From Azolla caroliniana (taxonomy: Eukaryota > Plantae > Polypodiophyta): a DNA stretch of 64,000 nucleotides. Shown here in pieces: positions 1 through 13,301 of this stretch. The notes beneath the pieces are model-generated. The model ran no database searches. It was not told where the DNA came from and worked only from the letters and a program-made list of their open reading frames with translations. The first letter of the stretch is position 1. The number at the start of each line of letters is the position of its first letter. Location of the stretch: contig JBHGNT010000014.1 in NCBI GenBank assembly GCA_043228905.1, positions 4,712,001 through 4,776,000 on the forward strand. Direction: 5' to 3'. Position numbers and translations under genes: made by a program.

Positions 1-199
1 TAGTATAGTGAATTGTTCTAGAGGCAGTGGGCTCCCGTGGTTTTTCCTAATTACGGTTTCTATGTTAAAATGTTGTGTCTCGTGTACTTCTTGTTTTATT
101 TGTTGTTTTTCATTCCTGCTTGTTAGTTGGCTGAAACGTACTAAGTAGTTAGAGGAAAACCTATGAGTCAGCTGAGTCCAAACCCATATTTCCATCACA
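1..199 (+). mobile_element. 3' part of a Copia (Tnt1/Tork-like) LTR, cut by the window edge
   Basis: Positions 4-55 (atagtg...ctcccgtggttttt) resemble the LTR segment at 26141-26190. The segment ends in ...tcaCA at 199. Confidence 0.55.
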
Positions 200-442
200 T
201 TCATATCCTTAACTTGTCTCTAACTAAGGACGGTGGTAGATTGTAATTAATGTCATTTGTATTGGCATTCATGAAATGCCAACCTGTAAATTTTGAGAGA
301 TGTGGAGTACAAAGCATAAGATGTACTCATACTGGCAATGGGAAATGTTGTACATCTTTCTAGGGACATTGTTTTTCATAAAGCTATGTAGACAGAGGTC
401 AAAACAATCTCCAAGAAAATGGCATTATAAGCTACATAAATC

Positions 443-1020
443 TTGCTAAATTCGAAGTTCACATGGCTTCCCTCTAAAATAAGCCTATATGTGAAGAACA
501 CAAAATCAAAATTCATCATCTCGGGAGTGTATGTGGATAATTTGCACCATTGTGGGAACTTTTGTAAAAGAGATACTAGAGTTGATCAAGGAGGTACAAC
601 ATCACTTCCTAGTCAAACAACTTGCACCATTAAAACATTATTTTGGAATAAATGTACAACAGAATCAGAGTGTAGGGACAATAATACTATTCCTAGCAAA
701 GTATGTGGATAACATCTTGGATAAATGCGACATGGCAACATGTTTTCCAACAATATCCACACCATTCATAGTATGATGTAAACTATCATTAAGGGACTCT
801 CCTTGAAATGATGAAGAATACTCCCCACCACAAAGTATCAGTGAACCTTCGATACTTAGTGAGTTGCACAAGACTGAACTTGTCATTTTCAATTGACCAC
901 TCAAATGAGTATTATGATACTTACAATACACACAAAATATGTTATTCACTAATAAGTCATTCTTTGGGGCAAACAATTGGCCCAATATTAAACTTTGGAA
1001 CTCTTGCAAGCATATTGGGT
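443..1020 (+). mobile_element. Degenerate Copia reverse-transcriptase remnant
   Basis: Frameshifted pieces: SLYVK...IISGVYVDNL (YVDD-like), LKHYFGINVQQ, KYVDNILDKCDM. Confidence 0.65.
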
Positions 1021-1491
1021 TGAGCCTCTCTCACTAATGAATGGGTATTAGAGAAAAAAGGGGGGTGGGGGTGAAACTTACTCTAATAATTATAATAAAT
1101 ACTTTAGCTAATTAAAAGTATTAATATGGTCAATTAAGAGTTTTGGGCACCCAAAACACGAAAATCTCCCTCTTAATCCATTTTCTTTTGTGATCTCATG
1201 CTAGTTGTTTCACCCTATAAGAAAGGGGCTATATTAGGTTTGTCAAAGTTCGTTCATTCATTGGGTACAAATTTCCTTATGTTGGTGTTCCCATGCTCTC
1301 AACTCTTGCATGAAGACCCAATGTTTGTCCACATGCACTTTGTCGTAGCCACTGTGTACTTGAACTAGAGAGAATGAGGTGAGTCATTGATGTTAGAGTG
1401 TTGATAGTTGTAGATTTTCACACTTGTTTTCTCTTGGGGAATTAAGTTCAAGGGGGAAGGGCAAAATCTTTTTTATGACTCGAATTGTAAA

Positions 1492-2053
1492 TAGCAATGG
1501 GAACGGTTTCAGCTCAAACCAAATTGAACCATAAGCAATGGTTTAACGGTTTGTTGGTTCCAAAAAAAATTAATGGTTTGGTTTGGTTTGGATTTTCAAT
1601 AAACAGTTCAATTTCGGTTCAGTTCTAAAACTCAGGTTTATAGGTTTGGTTTAAAGGTTTATAGGTTTTTGGTTAACTTTTTTTTACCTTACTATTTTAT
1701 TAATTTAATGGTTTAATTAATGGTTTTTTATTGATTTAATTAATTTAACTTAAATTTTTATTTAATTTCATGGTTCAATTAAAGTTTAATTTATTGATTT
1801 AATAAATTTAATTTAAAGGCTTATTTAATTTAATGTATTTTTGTTTATTTAGATATTTAATTAGTTTGATTTAAATTAAGTTTAAATTTATTATTAAATG
1901 GTTCAGTTTGGTTTACTTTTTCTTAAATGGTTTGGTTTAAATACTTGAGAGTTCATAAACGGTTTGGTTTGGTTTGGTTGGATATAAACAGTTCGGTATG
2001 ATTTTTCTGCCTTGAAACCAAACCAAACCGAAATTGAACCGTGCCCATTGCTA
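1492..2053. mobile_element. hAT-family MITE (562 bp)
   Basis: TIRs TAGCAATGGGAACGGTT / AACCGTGCCCATTGCTA; perfect 8-bp TSD ATTGTAAA (1484-1491, 2054-2061); subterminal GGTTT/AAACC repeats; AT-rich core. Confidence 0.9.
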
Positions 2054-3234
2054 ATTGTAAAGGGTGGAGTGAAGATAATGTGGAGGAGTTGACGTAGTAA
2101 TCAACATGTAGCTCTACGGTTGACGTAGCATTTTATTGAAAATGAGAAATGAAATCAAGATATTCTTGCAAAAGCTCTTCCAAAAGATAGTTTTCTTAAA
2201 TTCCAAGATAACTCAAACTTCATGAAATTGAATAAATTTGCTTGAGGGATATTAGCAAATAATTAGATGAGTAAAGAAAACTTGAGTTTTGAATTGAACT
2301 AAAGACCACATTTTTATTGGTTATTGGTTATTGGTTATACTACTAGAATATAAAGGGTCATTACCATTTATACATTGTATAGATGTATGTATCTAAAGAG
2401 AATGTACATGGAGTAACTAGCATTACACATGTTTTACTTGCACCTAAGAATGAACAACACAAAAACAGAAATATTTAGATGAGATAAATAACAAAATAAA
2501 TAGCAGATGAAAAAATTTGTGTTAAGTACTCTATATTGTCTAATCACCATGAAACAATATTTCAGGAAAGTTCATTCGTTCAACATAGCAAAGAGAGAAT
2601 CTTTTGACAAACATTCCCATATGTGTGTCTAGAAAGGATAAAACTCTTTTCCAAGATATATATTCAGAATAGTTTATTCATTTTGTGATAATATAATATT
2701 GGACATGTGAATAAATATATGAACACTATATTCAATAAGCAATTACCTAGAGATCATATATATTATTGATTCTATGAGTAAGAACTTCTCCGTTGTATAT
2801 CACAATATCATATCTATAAAACTTTTTCAATCTAATTAACCTTTAAACCACAATCAAGTATGGTTCTAGAGCTAGCAAGTAATGGATATCGTGATCTATA
2901 GTAGAAAAAGGATGCATTATATGCACCTTTTATGCAAACTTCAAGAATAAAGGAAATTTTGTTTTCATATTGTTTTGTTGACAATTTGTGGACTGCAACT
3001 TATGAATGATTATATGGGGAAATGAGTGTAAATATAAATCAAGGATTGAATATAAACATAATCTACATTCCCGAAATCTACTTTAAATACCTCATATTAC
3101 TCCATTACATTCTCTTTTTATCATTTTGGCATGCCAAACAAGTTTTTGAGGAGATATATATTAACCATATAATACTAGGGACTACATGAATGGAAATGGA
3201 AAAGAAATGTCCAATTCCAAACATCGTACACTTC

Positions 3235-3481
3235 ATAATTACATGGACAAAATTGCTTTAAAATCATATCAATGATGCAAGATGGAATGAACTAATTTGA
3301 TGTCTTGGTTCACAATAATTACATGGACAAAATTGCGTAAAAATCATATCAATGATGCAAGATGGAATGAACTAATTTGATGTCTTGGTTCACAATAATT
3401 ACATGGACAAAATTGCGTAAAAATCATATCAATGATGCAAGATGGAATGAACTCATTTGATGTCTTGGTTCACAATAATTA
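3235..3481. repeat. Tandem repeat, 3 x 80 bp, near-identical
   Basis: ATAATTACATGGACAAAATTGC recurs at 3235, 3315 and 3395; a partial fourth start lies at 3475. Confidence 0.9.
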
Positions 3482-3983
3482 TCCAAGATATAAAATGAAA
3501 ACATTAGTACTTTAGCTTTCATATCATAAATAAATTCTTAAAACTCTCTAGTTTGTGAAAATCTTTTTACATGCAACCGCGACGAATTTATCCCAAAATG
3601 TTGTACATTATATATTGAAAAGATCGGAGTTGAGACTTCGGATATGAGTAAAATGATATGTGAATATTATCAAGCTAAATAATACTTGTTGAAGTTGGGG
3701 CGAGTGCCTATATTGCACATTACTTTTCTTTAACTTTTCGGATATGGGTTGACAATGACAACATGAAAAATCTCGTCACCACCAAAACAATAACTACATA
3801 ATTGGAGTAGTCCAAGGAAGGAGACCGTGTAGTGACTAGTGATAAACTCTTATTTTAAATAGACTTCAATATGTTGTAGAGTGGTGGAAGTTGATCATCT
3901 CTACCTTCTTACAAAGAAGGTTTTGTTCCATAGAGAATAAGAGGAAGAGATTGAGCTAGAGCTTGAACTTTCAAACTCTAGAA

Positions 3984-6900
3984 ATGGTAAGGTGATTATA
4001 AATTAATGTATATTCTTTACTTTTACTCATAGTACACTTGTGCATATAGTTCTTGAACTCTATTCATGCAAATAGGACAAGCCAAAAACAACCCCCTTGT
4101 TGTAAATGACATTGTCTAGAATTAAAGAAGTGGATAGAGAATGGGATAATCAAATGATGTTTGAGAGGGAGACATAGAGAGCAAAAGTTATGAGTTAATA
4201 AGGCTCACCTTCACTTTAGGTCAAAAGCAAAGAGTGAGATGATTACACCACTACAATAGAAAGTTTCATATATGTTTTTATATCTACAATTTTAGAAATT
4301 GGATTCACTATATCACATTGTGCTATGAAAGGAGTGAGAAAATGGGTAAATTGTGCTCCATCTAGCATAATATTGTCTAGTGTAGTTTGATGAATTAATA
4401 TGGCTTGTTGTATACTCTAAAAATATGTTAAGGAATACATCTCACCTATCCATGGTTTCGATAAAGATTGACTTTGATATATTGATCTATTGAGAGCCTT
4501 GAGCCACATGGGTTGTTCTATGTTGGAGAATAGAGGGCTGATGTTCATGTTCGACTTCCATAATCGTTTTCTTATTACAAATCAAGTTGAAAAATAGATA
4601 TACCAGATGTATCCTCCCTTCTTTGAATATAGAGGTTCATTCGGGATGAAAGGCATGTTTAGCTAAAACATAAACACTAGACAACAATATTTGTTCTTAA
4701 AATGACCAAGGAAAATTTAGATATCATTTTTAAAATGATTTCGTGCATATCCTCTAGTGATCTTAAACATTTACAATTACATCTCTAGGCAAGAAACTTA
4801 GATGAGGCAAGAATCTCATCCCAAGGCATGTTCGAGTGATGAAAGAAGCACTAACATATGGTACAAATAGCTAACTTCATGGGCTTGGTACCTGGGCATT
4901 GTTATAGATGGCATGCCATTGTCAAGATAGAAATTTTAGAACTATTTAGTATTAAGATAAATACATCTGGCCACACTCAAAATTTTGAATAAAGTGAGAG
5001 TTTTACATATGACAAATCCTATTGTTATATATATTCAGTAGGATTATATCAATGCTTGAATAGGCTAGAAGTTCATAAAAGCTTAAGATGGAAGTTTGTT
5101 AACAAGACCATAAATAAGTAGGGATTTGTAGTTTTGGTTAAGTGAGTTTGATCAATAGTTTTGGTTCCACAAGAGTTCACTACTCACAATCCATGCTTCA
5201 TTACTTTGGAGTTATCTTAAAGAATAGTGGAGCCACCACAAAGAAACTCGAATATTTTTACAGTGATGAGTTTTAAGCTATCAAGACCCATAGCCTCATA
5301 GCATAAGGATCTATGTTTCTGACACATTTCAACTTTGGACCTTGGCACCTTTCACGACATTATGATATTCATGGTCAAAGTGAACTTTTGAGTGCTTTTG
5401 TGTCAAAATATGGCTGAACTTCCAAGTGTTACTGTGATATCACATGGCACTAAGCAACTGAAAAACAGTTTAAAGATCGATGAAACATTATTGATTATTG
5501 TTTTTGTTCTATGTTGACAATTTTGACATGGCATGTTAATAAAAATAATGTCACTTGATGCAATACCTACGATTAACCTTTAATCTACTCTAGCTTGGGA
5601 TGGAAGTACTATTACTTTGAAAAGACATGTGGATTGGTATCGAAGACAAATATTACCTGAATCAAAAGTGCATGAGTGTATATTCAAGGACATCAGTGTA
5701 TACACACATATATGCATACATGTAATGTGTAGAATATATGCATTTTTTATGTTCACTAATGAAAGATCCACAAAAAGTTATTTATCCTAATTTCTAAACA
5801 TTCCATGTCAAATGTACATTAATGTTGTTGGATACTATGTACATATGTAAATGTTATGTAGTAATAAAGAATATAAAATTATTGGCTTATTTTCTACTTA
5901 TATGACTTGTTTGCTTATATAGACCATGTATATTCGTGTGAAGAGGAAAAAGAGTACATATTTTGTCCAATGTGATCCTTGGAGCACCATCCTACAAGTC
6001 AAACAAAACTTGCAAAACATCACAGACTATCTTGTGAGGAACCAACGATTGATCCTCCTAGACTCTCATCACATCCTCGATGATGCAAAGACGCTTTCTC
6101 AACAAGAGGTAATTCTTTGTCTAACTTAAGTAATAAGAATATGATGGGGGAAATTTATATACTCATAATTGACACAATGTGGATGGGTAAAGCTTCAATT
6201 GGTAGTAACCAAAACCTTATCATTGGAGGTACTTAATGAGAAAATTCCATAACAAGGATTGTTTAGTTTGGATTTGGTTTGTAGAAGTTGTGACCTTCTC
6301 TATAAGAAATCAACCCCAACAATATTCAAACACAATCACTTGGGAATGTTCTTGATGCTTAGAAGGCCCAAGATTGAGTCCAATTTTTGTCGTGGACAAA
6401 AGTTATTAAATTATTAGATATGGACTACTAAATTCAATTTAATTAGAAGATGCAAATCGTCAATTAAGATTTTCTTGCTTCATTTACTAATTAATTTCAA
6501 ATTATTTGTATTGCAACTTTCATAAGTATGTCATGCATCTCAGACAATTATTGCTTTATATTCGTCTCACCATTCTCATTCCATTTCTTAAAAGTAGCTA
6601 TATTGCGTTTTTCTCTAAACACATAGTAATTGAAACTTCAATTCAGAAGCCAAAATGGAGAGCTTTTGGTTAAGCCTTTTTTGATAGAAAATTGCGACAT
6701 TAGTTTTATTTTTATAAATGGTTGGGTGCGTTACCAAAAATATTTGGGCTTTTTAGGATGATTTACATTGAGAATGCATCTATTATGTTGATTCTCTTTT
6801 TGACACTATGTTGGTTCATACGTTAGAAATACATTTGAGATTAATAAAAGGTGGAACATTTGCATCATACATCTAGGACAATTATTGCTTTATATTCGTC

Positions 6901-8348
6901 TCACCATTTCATTCCATTTCTTAAAAGTGGCTATATTACTTTTTTATCTAAACACATAGTAATTGAAAGTTCATTTGAGTACCCAAATTTGGGAGCTTTT
7001 TGTTAAGCCTTTTTTGACAAAAACTTGCTACATTAGCTTTATTTTTATATCTAGTTGGGTGCTTTACCAAAAATAATTGAGCATTTTAGGACTTTTATGT
7101 TGATTCTCTTTTTGATACTATTGTGTGCATTGTTCATATGTTAGAAATACATTTCAAATTAATAAAAGGTGGTACATTATGCACATTTGAGATGGAACCT
7201 AATATTCAATTGTTTACAATGCAATTAATTTGAACCTCCTCTTCTTCAATGTGGTCAAATATCCACCTCTACTTTGTATTCTCATAAGTGGGTGATTTGG
7301 AACATGTTTTTAATCTCTCAAGTTCCATAGCTTCATCAGGAGATCCACACAAATCGTTGTTGTTGGACCTTACTTTAACTTCTCTTCCGAAATTGGCTCA
7401 CGTATGAAGTGGTATTGGATCTCGGTATAGTTGATCCATCCATGGAAAATGGAATTCTAGTGATAGAAACTCGTCTCTAGTGTTCACGTCTTCTTTTCAT
7501 TGACTTTGATCCAAGGAGCCTTCTCATTCATTCTACTTCATGTTTTGTATTAAACACCACCATATGCCTTGCTTCTCTAAGGAAAACAAGCTGCTTAGTT
7601 ATTTCTTGATTGTCCAAGTCAATATTTTGGACCCTAAAGAAAAACAAACTCTAGAATTTGATTGTTTGTCCTCGACATCCTAGCATGACTAAATTTAGTT
7701 TTACCTCCATCAACATGCAATTAACTTCTAGTCCCAAATACAAGTGAAATAGATCTAGATTCTTCATTTTGAATTTGAAGTTATTTTGAAGTATGCTTGG
7801 TCATATTCAAATCTTTTTCATTACTATCCCCGATGGAGGATCATTTCCTACTTGACTTTTATTCCTTCATAAAGAGTGTCATTCATTGGACATGACTTAA
7901 ATCCACTAATAATAAGGAGTTTGTCAATCCATTTCTACTATGCCCTTCTTAGCCCATAAGGATCCTTCCACAACTTGAGATCATATTTTCTTAATTTAGT
8001 AGCTCAAAACCTTTTCCGTACTCCACAAATGCCTCCTCCTTGAGATAGCTAATTAGGAGTGCAAATTTGACATCAATACTCAAAACCTTGTTTCCATATT
8101 TATTTATTATTACATTGTGGTTTTCTTTTCTTTAGTCATAATAATTGAAACCCCATTACAGGTTGGAAATAACTCTATTGTGGCATTGACTTTGAGAAAA
8201 AGTAAGTATTTTGATCTAAATCACAAGGCAGACAAGTATATATGAGATTTCATTTCTTGAAAATAAAATTAGCTTTTTGGTAGGTACTGGAGAATGGGAG
8301 GATATTGAAATTGACAATATCAAACTTGAAGACTATGATAGTTGTTAA
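3984..8348 (+). CDS. Elongin-B-like ubiquitin-fold protein, 97 aa; exons 3984-3986, 5923-6108, 8162-8201, 8284-8348
   Basis: All introns are GT-AG and in frame. Product: MTMYIRVKRKKSTYFVQCDPWSTILQVKQ...LDDAKTLSQQEVGNNSIVALTLRKSTGEWEDIEIDNIKLEDYDSC*. This matches the plant MAMYIRVKR...VALTLRK ubiquitin-like family. The ATG-only exon 1 (ATG|GTAAGG) is the least certain part. Confidence 0.85.
6543..7185. repeat. Tandem duplication, 2 x ~334 bp, in intron 2
   Basis: GACAATTATTGCTTTATATTCGTCTCACC occurs at 6543 and 6877, with continuing diverged similarity. Confidence 0.85.
7235..8090 (-). mobile_element. Highly degenerate Copia RT/RNase H remnant in intron 2
   Basis: Minus-strand DVK-like motif near 8065, a WTxK...EA segment near 7570-7620, and a purine-rich PPT-like tract near 7240. 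Confidence 0.5.
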
Positions 8349-8396
8349 AGGACATTGTGCTTCTAACATCCAAATGCTTTAAAATAGCGTAAAATG

Positions 8397-8492
8397 GTTG
8401 GAGGGTGATTCCCCACTTTATGTATAAGCCACCTTGTCTTTCTGTAATAATCACTCCCAACTAGTGGGAACGTAGCTTCTTTTTTTGGGGGG
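8397..8492 (+). mobile_element. 96-bp 5'-truncated L1 insertion (3' UTR end only)
   Basis: Aligns to the L1 3' end at 17318-17415; perfect 16-bp TSD AAAATAGCGTAAAATG at 8381-8396 and 8493-8508. Confidence 0.85.
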
Positions 8493-9539
8493 AAAATAGC
8501 GTAAAATGAGGCACTCTAGCAGGGTAATTATAATTCACGTGCATCAATTTATGACAATATTCAAACTTTAATTTCTTGGTATTTTGACAGTGTATATTTA
8601 AACATGCCCATGTAATTATATATTATATGTGTATCTAGTTGTTAAGGATTTAGCATGACAATGTAAATTCTAAGATGATAGTGATTGCTCATGGTATATG
8701 ACATGTTAAATGGTAGTCTAATGTTCAGCAATAATAATGACCTTCTACTGATGTAAATGCAAAACTTTTTCATGTAAATATAAGAATAGCATGAATTGTT
8801 TCTCCACCAATTTTCTATGTCTAAACATCCCTATAGAGTGTATAGGTGCTTCCCATTACACTACCATGTCAAAAACTAAATTTGCTTTATAAATGGCTTT
8901 TATTGATCCTCAAAGTAACACAACACTCTTGAGGAGTAACTCTTTTAGAATGGACACATTGGTGAATAAAAATTTCTATTATTCTTTTGCCTTTGCTCTA
9001 TCCTAACATTTGTAAAATGATAAACTTGGTAAATTCTCTCATGAAGTATGCTTTAAACTCCTCCTTATGCTAATCTTGGCACAAAGCATAATAACTTTCC
9101 TTATGACAAATTTGGTAAGCTCTCACAATGTTCATCAAATTACATCTAGATTACAACCAAGGGACATTTACATAGATGTCCACTTTCGAACCCACATTGC
9201 AAAAATCTAAACCAAGGGCCTAGAAATGAACAAAGGACTTTATCCAATGGGCATAAAAGGAGCCCCTTGACCTAGCTGAAAAAATAAACCAAAAACAATG
9301 CAAGGTTTATATTCCTCTATCTATAGTTCAATAACTACCATTAACCCACACTAAGAAAGGAGACACTTTACATGAGCACAATTTCGAATCTTATGCCATT
9401 TGGATTAAGTCACTTGTCCACTTCTCGACCTTCCTCTAGATTTTCTTGTTATTGCCTCAAAAATGGTGATCACCATTGAAATTAAGCATATCGACAGATA
9501 AGCAAACACATTAGGACTCATTAGCGCCATAATCATTTA

Positions 9540-10180
9540 GAAACAATGGGTTTGCTATATCTTTCCCTCGAAACTACAAAATGGAGTGGAATCCTATGTG
9601 GATAGCCTTTGTTATAATTACTCATGAAATGATCACTTGGCTATGATATTCATCTTCACATTATTTGAGAAATTTTAGTAGTATCAACTCTCATTGCATC
9701 CACTCAAATTTCACTTATGGGTGAGAAAAATGTCATTTTAGAACATGTAGTGTACAAAGATGGTATCTCTAGAAATGAACGTAAAGTAAAGTTAATCCTT
9801 TAAATTCCTCATCCCATTATGGAGAAATAACTTCTATCACTCATGGGATATCCAAGCTACTAAATGGCATTCATTAGAATGTTTATTAAAATAGCATGAA
9901 CCCTCTATGGGTTGTTGAAAAACGTTGTCTAGACAAAAGAGTGCATACAAAAGCCTCTGATTCTGTTTAGGAATACTTAGCTCAGGAACCTATCCATGTC
10001 CATATAAACACCTCAAACTTTACCATTGACCCAATGCTAGTCCACCTAGGAGATAGGGAAATGGATTTCTCTATAATAGTTGCTAGTCATAAACTAAACA
10101 AAGATTAACAAAATTACTCCACCATTGAGCGTGATACACTATCTATGTTTCAAAATGTTAAAAATTTAGACATTACATAT
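9540..10180 (+). mobile_element. Degenerate Gypsy RT/RNase H remnant
   Basis: Fragments FMGYPSY, PLYGLLK, ASHKL and NYSTIER, with many stops. Confidence 0.55.
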
Positions 10181-10223
10181 GTTTTATGAGAATATGAATG
10201 TTGAGTCCATTACACTCCAAAGA

Positions 10224-10366
10224 TGTTCATGTACCTCTTGAGGAACCTTGTAGACAGTTTGCTTCCCTTAAGCTTGTGCTTTTCTTGAGTCATAGTGAAC
10301 TTGATTGCGATAATGGCATCAACATATATTATGGCGGTGGGGCATCTTTTACTAATGCATACATGT
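10224..10366 (-). mobile_element. Fragment of a second Sola2-like transposase 3' region
   Basis: Colinear, diverged copy of 17803-17946 (shared gtcatagtgaacttgattgcgataatggcatc). Confidence 0.8.
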
Positions 10367-10723
10367 GGGAGGACCGTCACAACTTTGCAAAGTATCGATT
10401 ACAGAGCAGACGAGCGATGGCGGGAGTGCGAGCAGCAGCAGAGCGTGGAGTGGGAGCAGCATAACAGGGCGCGCAAACAGGGCGAACAGGAGTAGGCGCA
10501 GGTGTAGGTACAGGTGCACGATGAAGAACGCGCACGCTGTCCACTAGAGCAGGAGCAGGAGCAGGAGCACAACGCCAGCTGTTGTCCAGGTACTCCCACA
10601 CCCACAGTCCTCCCTCCCTCCCCCAACCAGAAAACGTACATTAATTAATTAATTAAAAAACACACAAAACAAAGGGGGAAGGGAAGACCTACATAGATAG
10701 CCTCGCAAGACACATAACTCGCT

Positions 10724-12193
10724 ATGGAGGGAGGAATCGTGCTTCCACCAACGACCCGTTTGCTCGATGAAGAAGGTGGTTCAGATCTCGACATTACGTT
10801 GTCCCCTGAGGCCAACCGTTTCTTATCGGAGGAAATCGAACGTCTACGGTGTACCTCCTTCATATGTAGGTTTCTAGCAGGTAGACCAAGTCGGGGAATG
10901 GTTCGGGACATGTTCCAGGTGGCTGTGATGGAGAACATGCTTGTGATCAAGAGTGTCAGGGGTTTAGGAAAAAACTTCTTCCACATCGAATTAGGTAATG
11001 GCTCGCTGGCGCAACCACTGGTCGAGCTCAAGGTACTCGAACTGAAGTACGACAAGGTGTTGCTTCAGCCATGGTCACCAGGGTTCAATCCGATTGAAGA
11101 GTTACGGAACCTCAACAACCCTAGGGTGATCAACGCAACATTTCCCGGCCTCCCTCCTCATTTGTGCCATCTGCTCCCTCTTTTTGGCGAACAAATAGGG
11201 ATGATATGTCCTCAAAAAGTGTCAATGGCAGACACAGTTGAGGAGGTGCCCAAGTTGTGCATCTTGGTGCCTTCCCTCCAAGGACTTCCATCAAGGATTA
11301 GACTCTACTCTGAGGAGCTAGGTCTCACAGTGGTGAAAGTGGTTTACGAGGGACTTCCGGGGCAGTGTTTCATTTGCAAACAGATAGGACACCTAGCTAA
11401 GGCGTGTCCTCGCAAGATTGGAAAGGGAAGCTCGGGACCTCAACTCTCGGGCAAAGTTGGGCCAACCAAGGGTGACGAGGCTCCTTGGATACTCGTTAAG
11501 AAGAAGGGGAAACTTGGAGGCCTAGGTGCATCCTCTTCCACCCTTTTTCGTGACCACCCCTTTGAAAGAAGTCCCGCTACCTTGTCACCAGCAAACGCAG
11601 ACGAGCAACCCTTGAAACGGGTAAAGATCCTCTCCGGGAGTGTTGATGCACCTGACCTACAGGTGAGAGCTACCAACAGATTTACACCTCTTCAAGGGTT
11701 AGGGGATGGCGACCCAGACGCGCTGGCAACAATGTTGTACCCATGCGACCCCTCATGCCTTTCCCCATGAGAGCCTAAACTTGTGTTCTTTACCCCGATG
11801 GAGATGCAACCCCAACTCATACCGTCCACCCCGGAAGAGAAGTTGGCAAAGGCCCCCCTCCCACTGAAACGTGAAGGTGGTAGTGGCCTCAGATTAGTGA
11901 AATCGTGGATCCGGACGGGCAAGCTCAAGTACAAGGGAAAGGGTAAGATAGGCCGACCAACACCTGGTTTGGTGACGCCTCTCTTAGATAGAGGGATGCA
12001 AGAGGTGCCACCGCTTCGGAGCACAAATGTATCGCGGGATCTATTTGAAGCGGGTCGGGAACGACCGGCTGAGAATCCCGTAGGGGATTTGCAGCCTCCT
12101 GTGGAGACCATACCCCCCGAAATAGGTGTTAGGTTGCCCCTTAACATGGGGATCGGCCCGAATATGGGCGTCAACGTCATCGCTTTCGGATGA
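10724..12193 (+). pseudogene. L1 ORF1 (DUF4283-like RRM plus CCHC knuckle) with one premature stop
   Basis: CFICKQIGHLAKAC knuckle. ORFs 10724-11770 and 11783-12193 are in the same frame, split by a TGA. The final stop overlaps the ORF2 start (ATGA). Confidence 0.85.
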
Positions 12194-12503
12194 GGATCCT
12201 AACGTGGAATGTACAGGGCCTTGGTGGAGGCCGACAACACCAAGAGTGCCGAAGACTTCAAGAGGAGTTGAATCCCCTTAATATAGGGGGCCATATTGAC
12301 ATATTGCTTTTGCAGGAACACCACCTCTCGCAAGAGCGAACTCAAAGCTTAGTAAACCCCCTGTCGGGTGGGTGGACCACATGGTGGTCAGTTGCACAAG
12401 GTGACCTCCACCGAAGAGGAGGGGTCTGCATCTCGATCAACGATAAGGCCCGATACGAAGTAACATCATGTGGCATGTTGGTGGAGGGTCGGGCCTTATA
12501 CTG

Positions 12504-13301
12504 TGTCGTGCCTTTCGGCTCCGGATCGTTTGCGTGAGTCGGGTGGGAACCACCGAGGTTTTGGACTAGGAGAAAGAAAAATACAAATAAGGCTAGTAAA
12601 GAATAGGTATAAAGAGTTATAAGATAAGAATCTCGTGAATCCCACGAGTTTAGTATATTTAGTCAATATTTAGGTAGTAAGAGAGAATTATTTTAGCAAA
12701 TTCGTGAATCCCACGAATATTTTAGATTGATTGATCATTATAGAAAAATAATCAACAAAAACTACAATGTGCTCCCCATCCTTATATAGTGATGGGAGAG
12801 ACTAAGCATAGCTACATGCTTTTTCTAATATGTTCATGCACACTAAATGTGCATGTGATGCTTTTCTAATCCTTGCTTTTATTTGCTAAATATAGTGCTC
12901 ATGCACGCTAGATGTGCATGAGTCACTTTTTAGTTGCTTGCGTTTTTCTATAAAATATTCACGCACTCTAAAAATGCACGATTTACCTTTTAATAAAGGT
13001 AGGTGCAAATAAAGCACTTATAGTTATTAAATCTATTTGTAGAACACTAAAGATAAGGTAGCATAATGGTAAAGTTGAGGTTTGGCTACGTAGAGGTACA
13101 GAGTTCGAATCACGCCTTGTGTAGTAGTGAGTATTTCTTTTCTTTTACATTTATGTCTCTTTATCCGGCTCTTCCTTGCCGGTATGCCGTTTTCTTCCTT
13201 GCCGGTATGCCATTTTCTTCCGGCTCTCACCGAGCACTCCATTCTCTATCCGGAGGGACAAAAATATAATTTCCACATAGTGTGCAACCTACACTACGAC
13301 A
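12504..13301 (-). mobile_element. Solo LTR (798 bp) inserted in the L1 endonuclease
   Basis: TGTCGT...ACGACA termini; minus-strand TATA near 12785. Likely TSD ACGTG (right) and AC-TG (left, 1-nt loss); removing the LTR restores GRALYVLLKWN. Confidence 0.8.
13052..13120 (+). ncRNA. tRNA-like Pol III A/B-box cassette inside the LTR U3
   Basis: A box TAGCATAATGG at 13059-13069; B box AGTTCGAATCA at 13102-13112; ATAAGG/CCTTGT acceptor-like stem. Arms are degenerate. Confidence 0.55.

Noticed and set aside
13052-13120. Functional tRNA genes at the A/B-box sites
   Set aside because: T and anticodon stems do not pair and no anticodon can be assigned; all sites lie inside retroelements.
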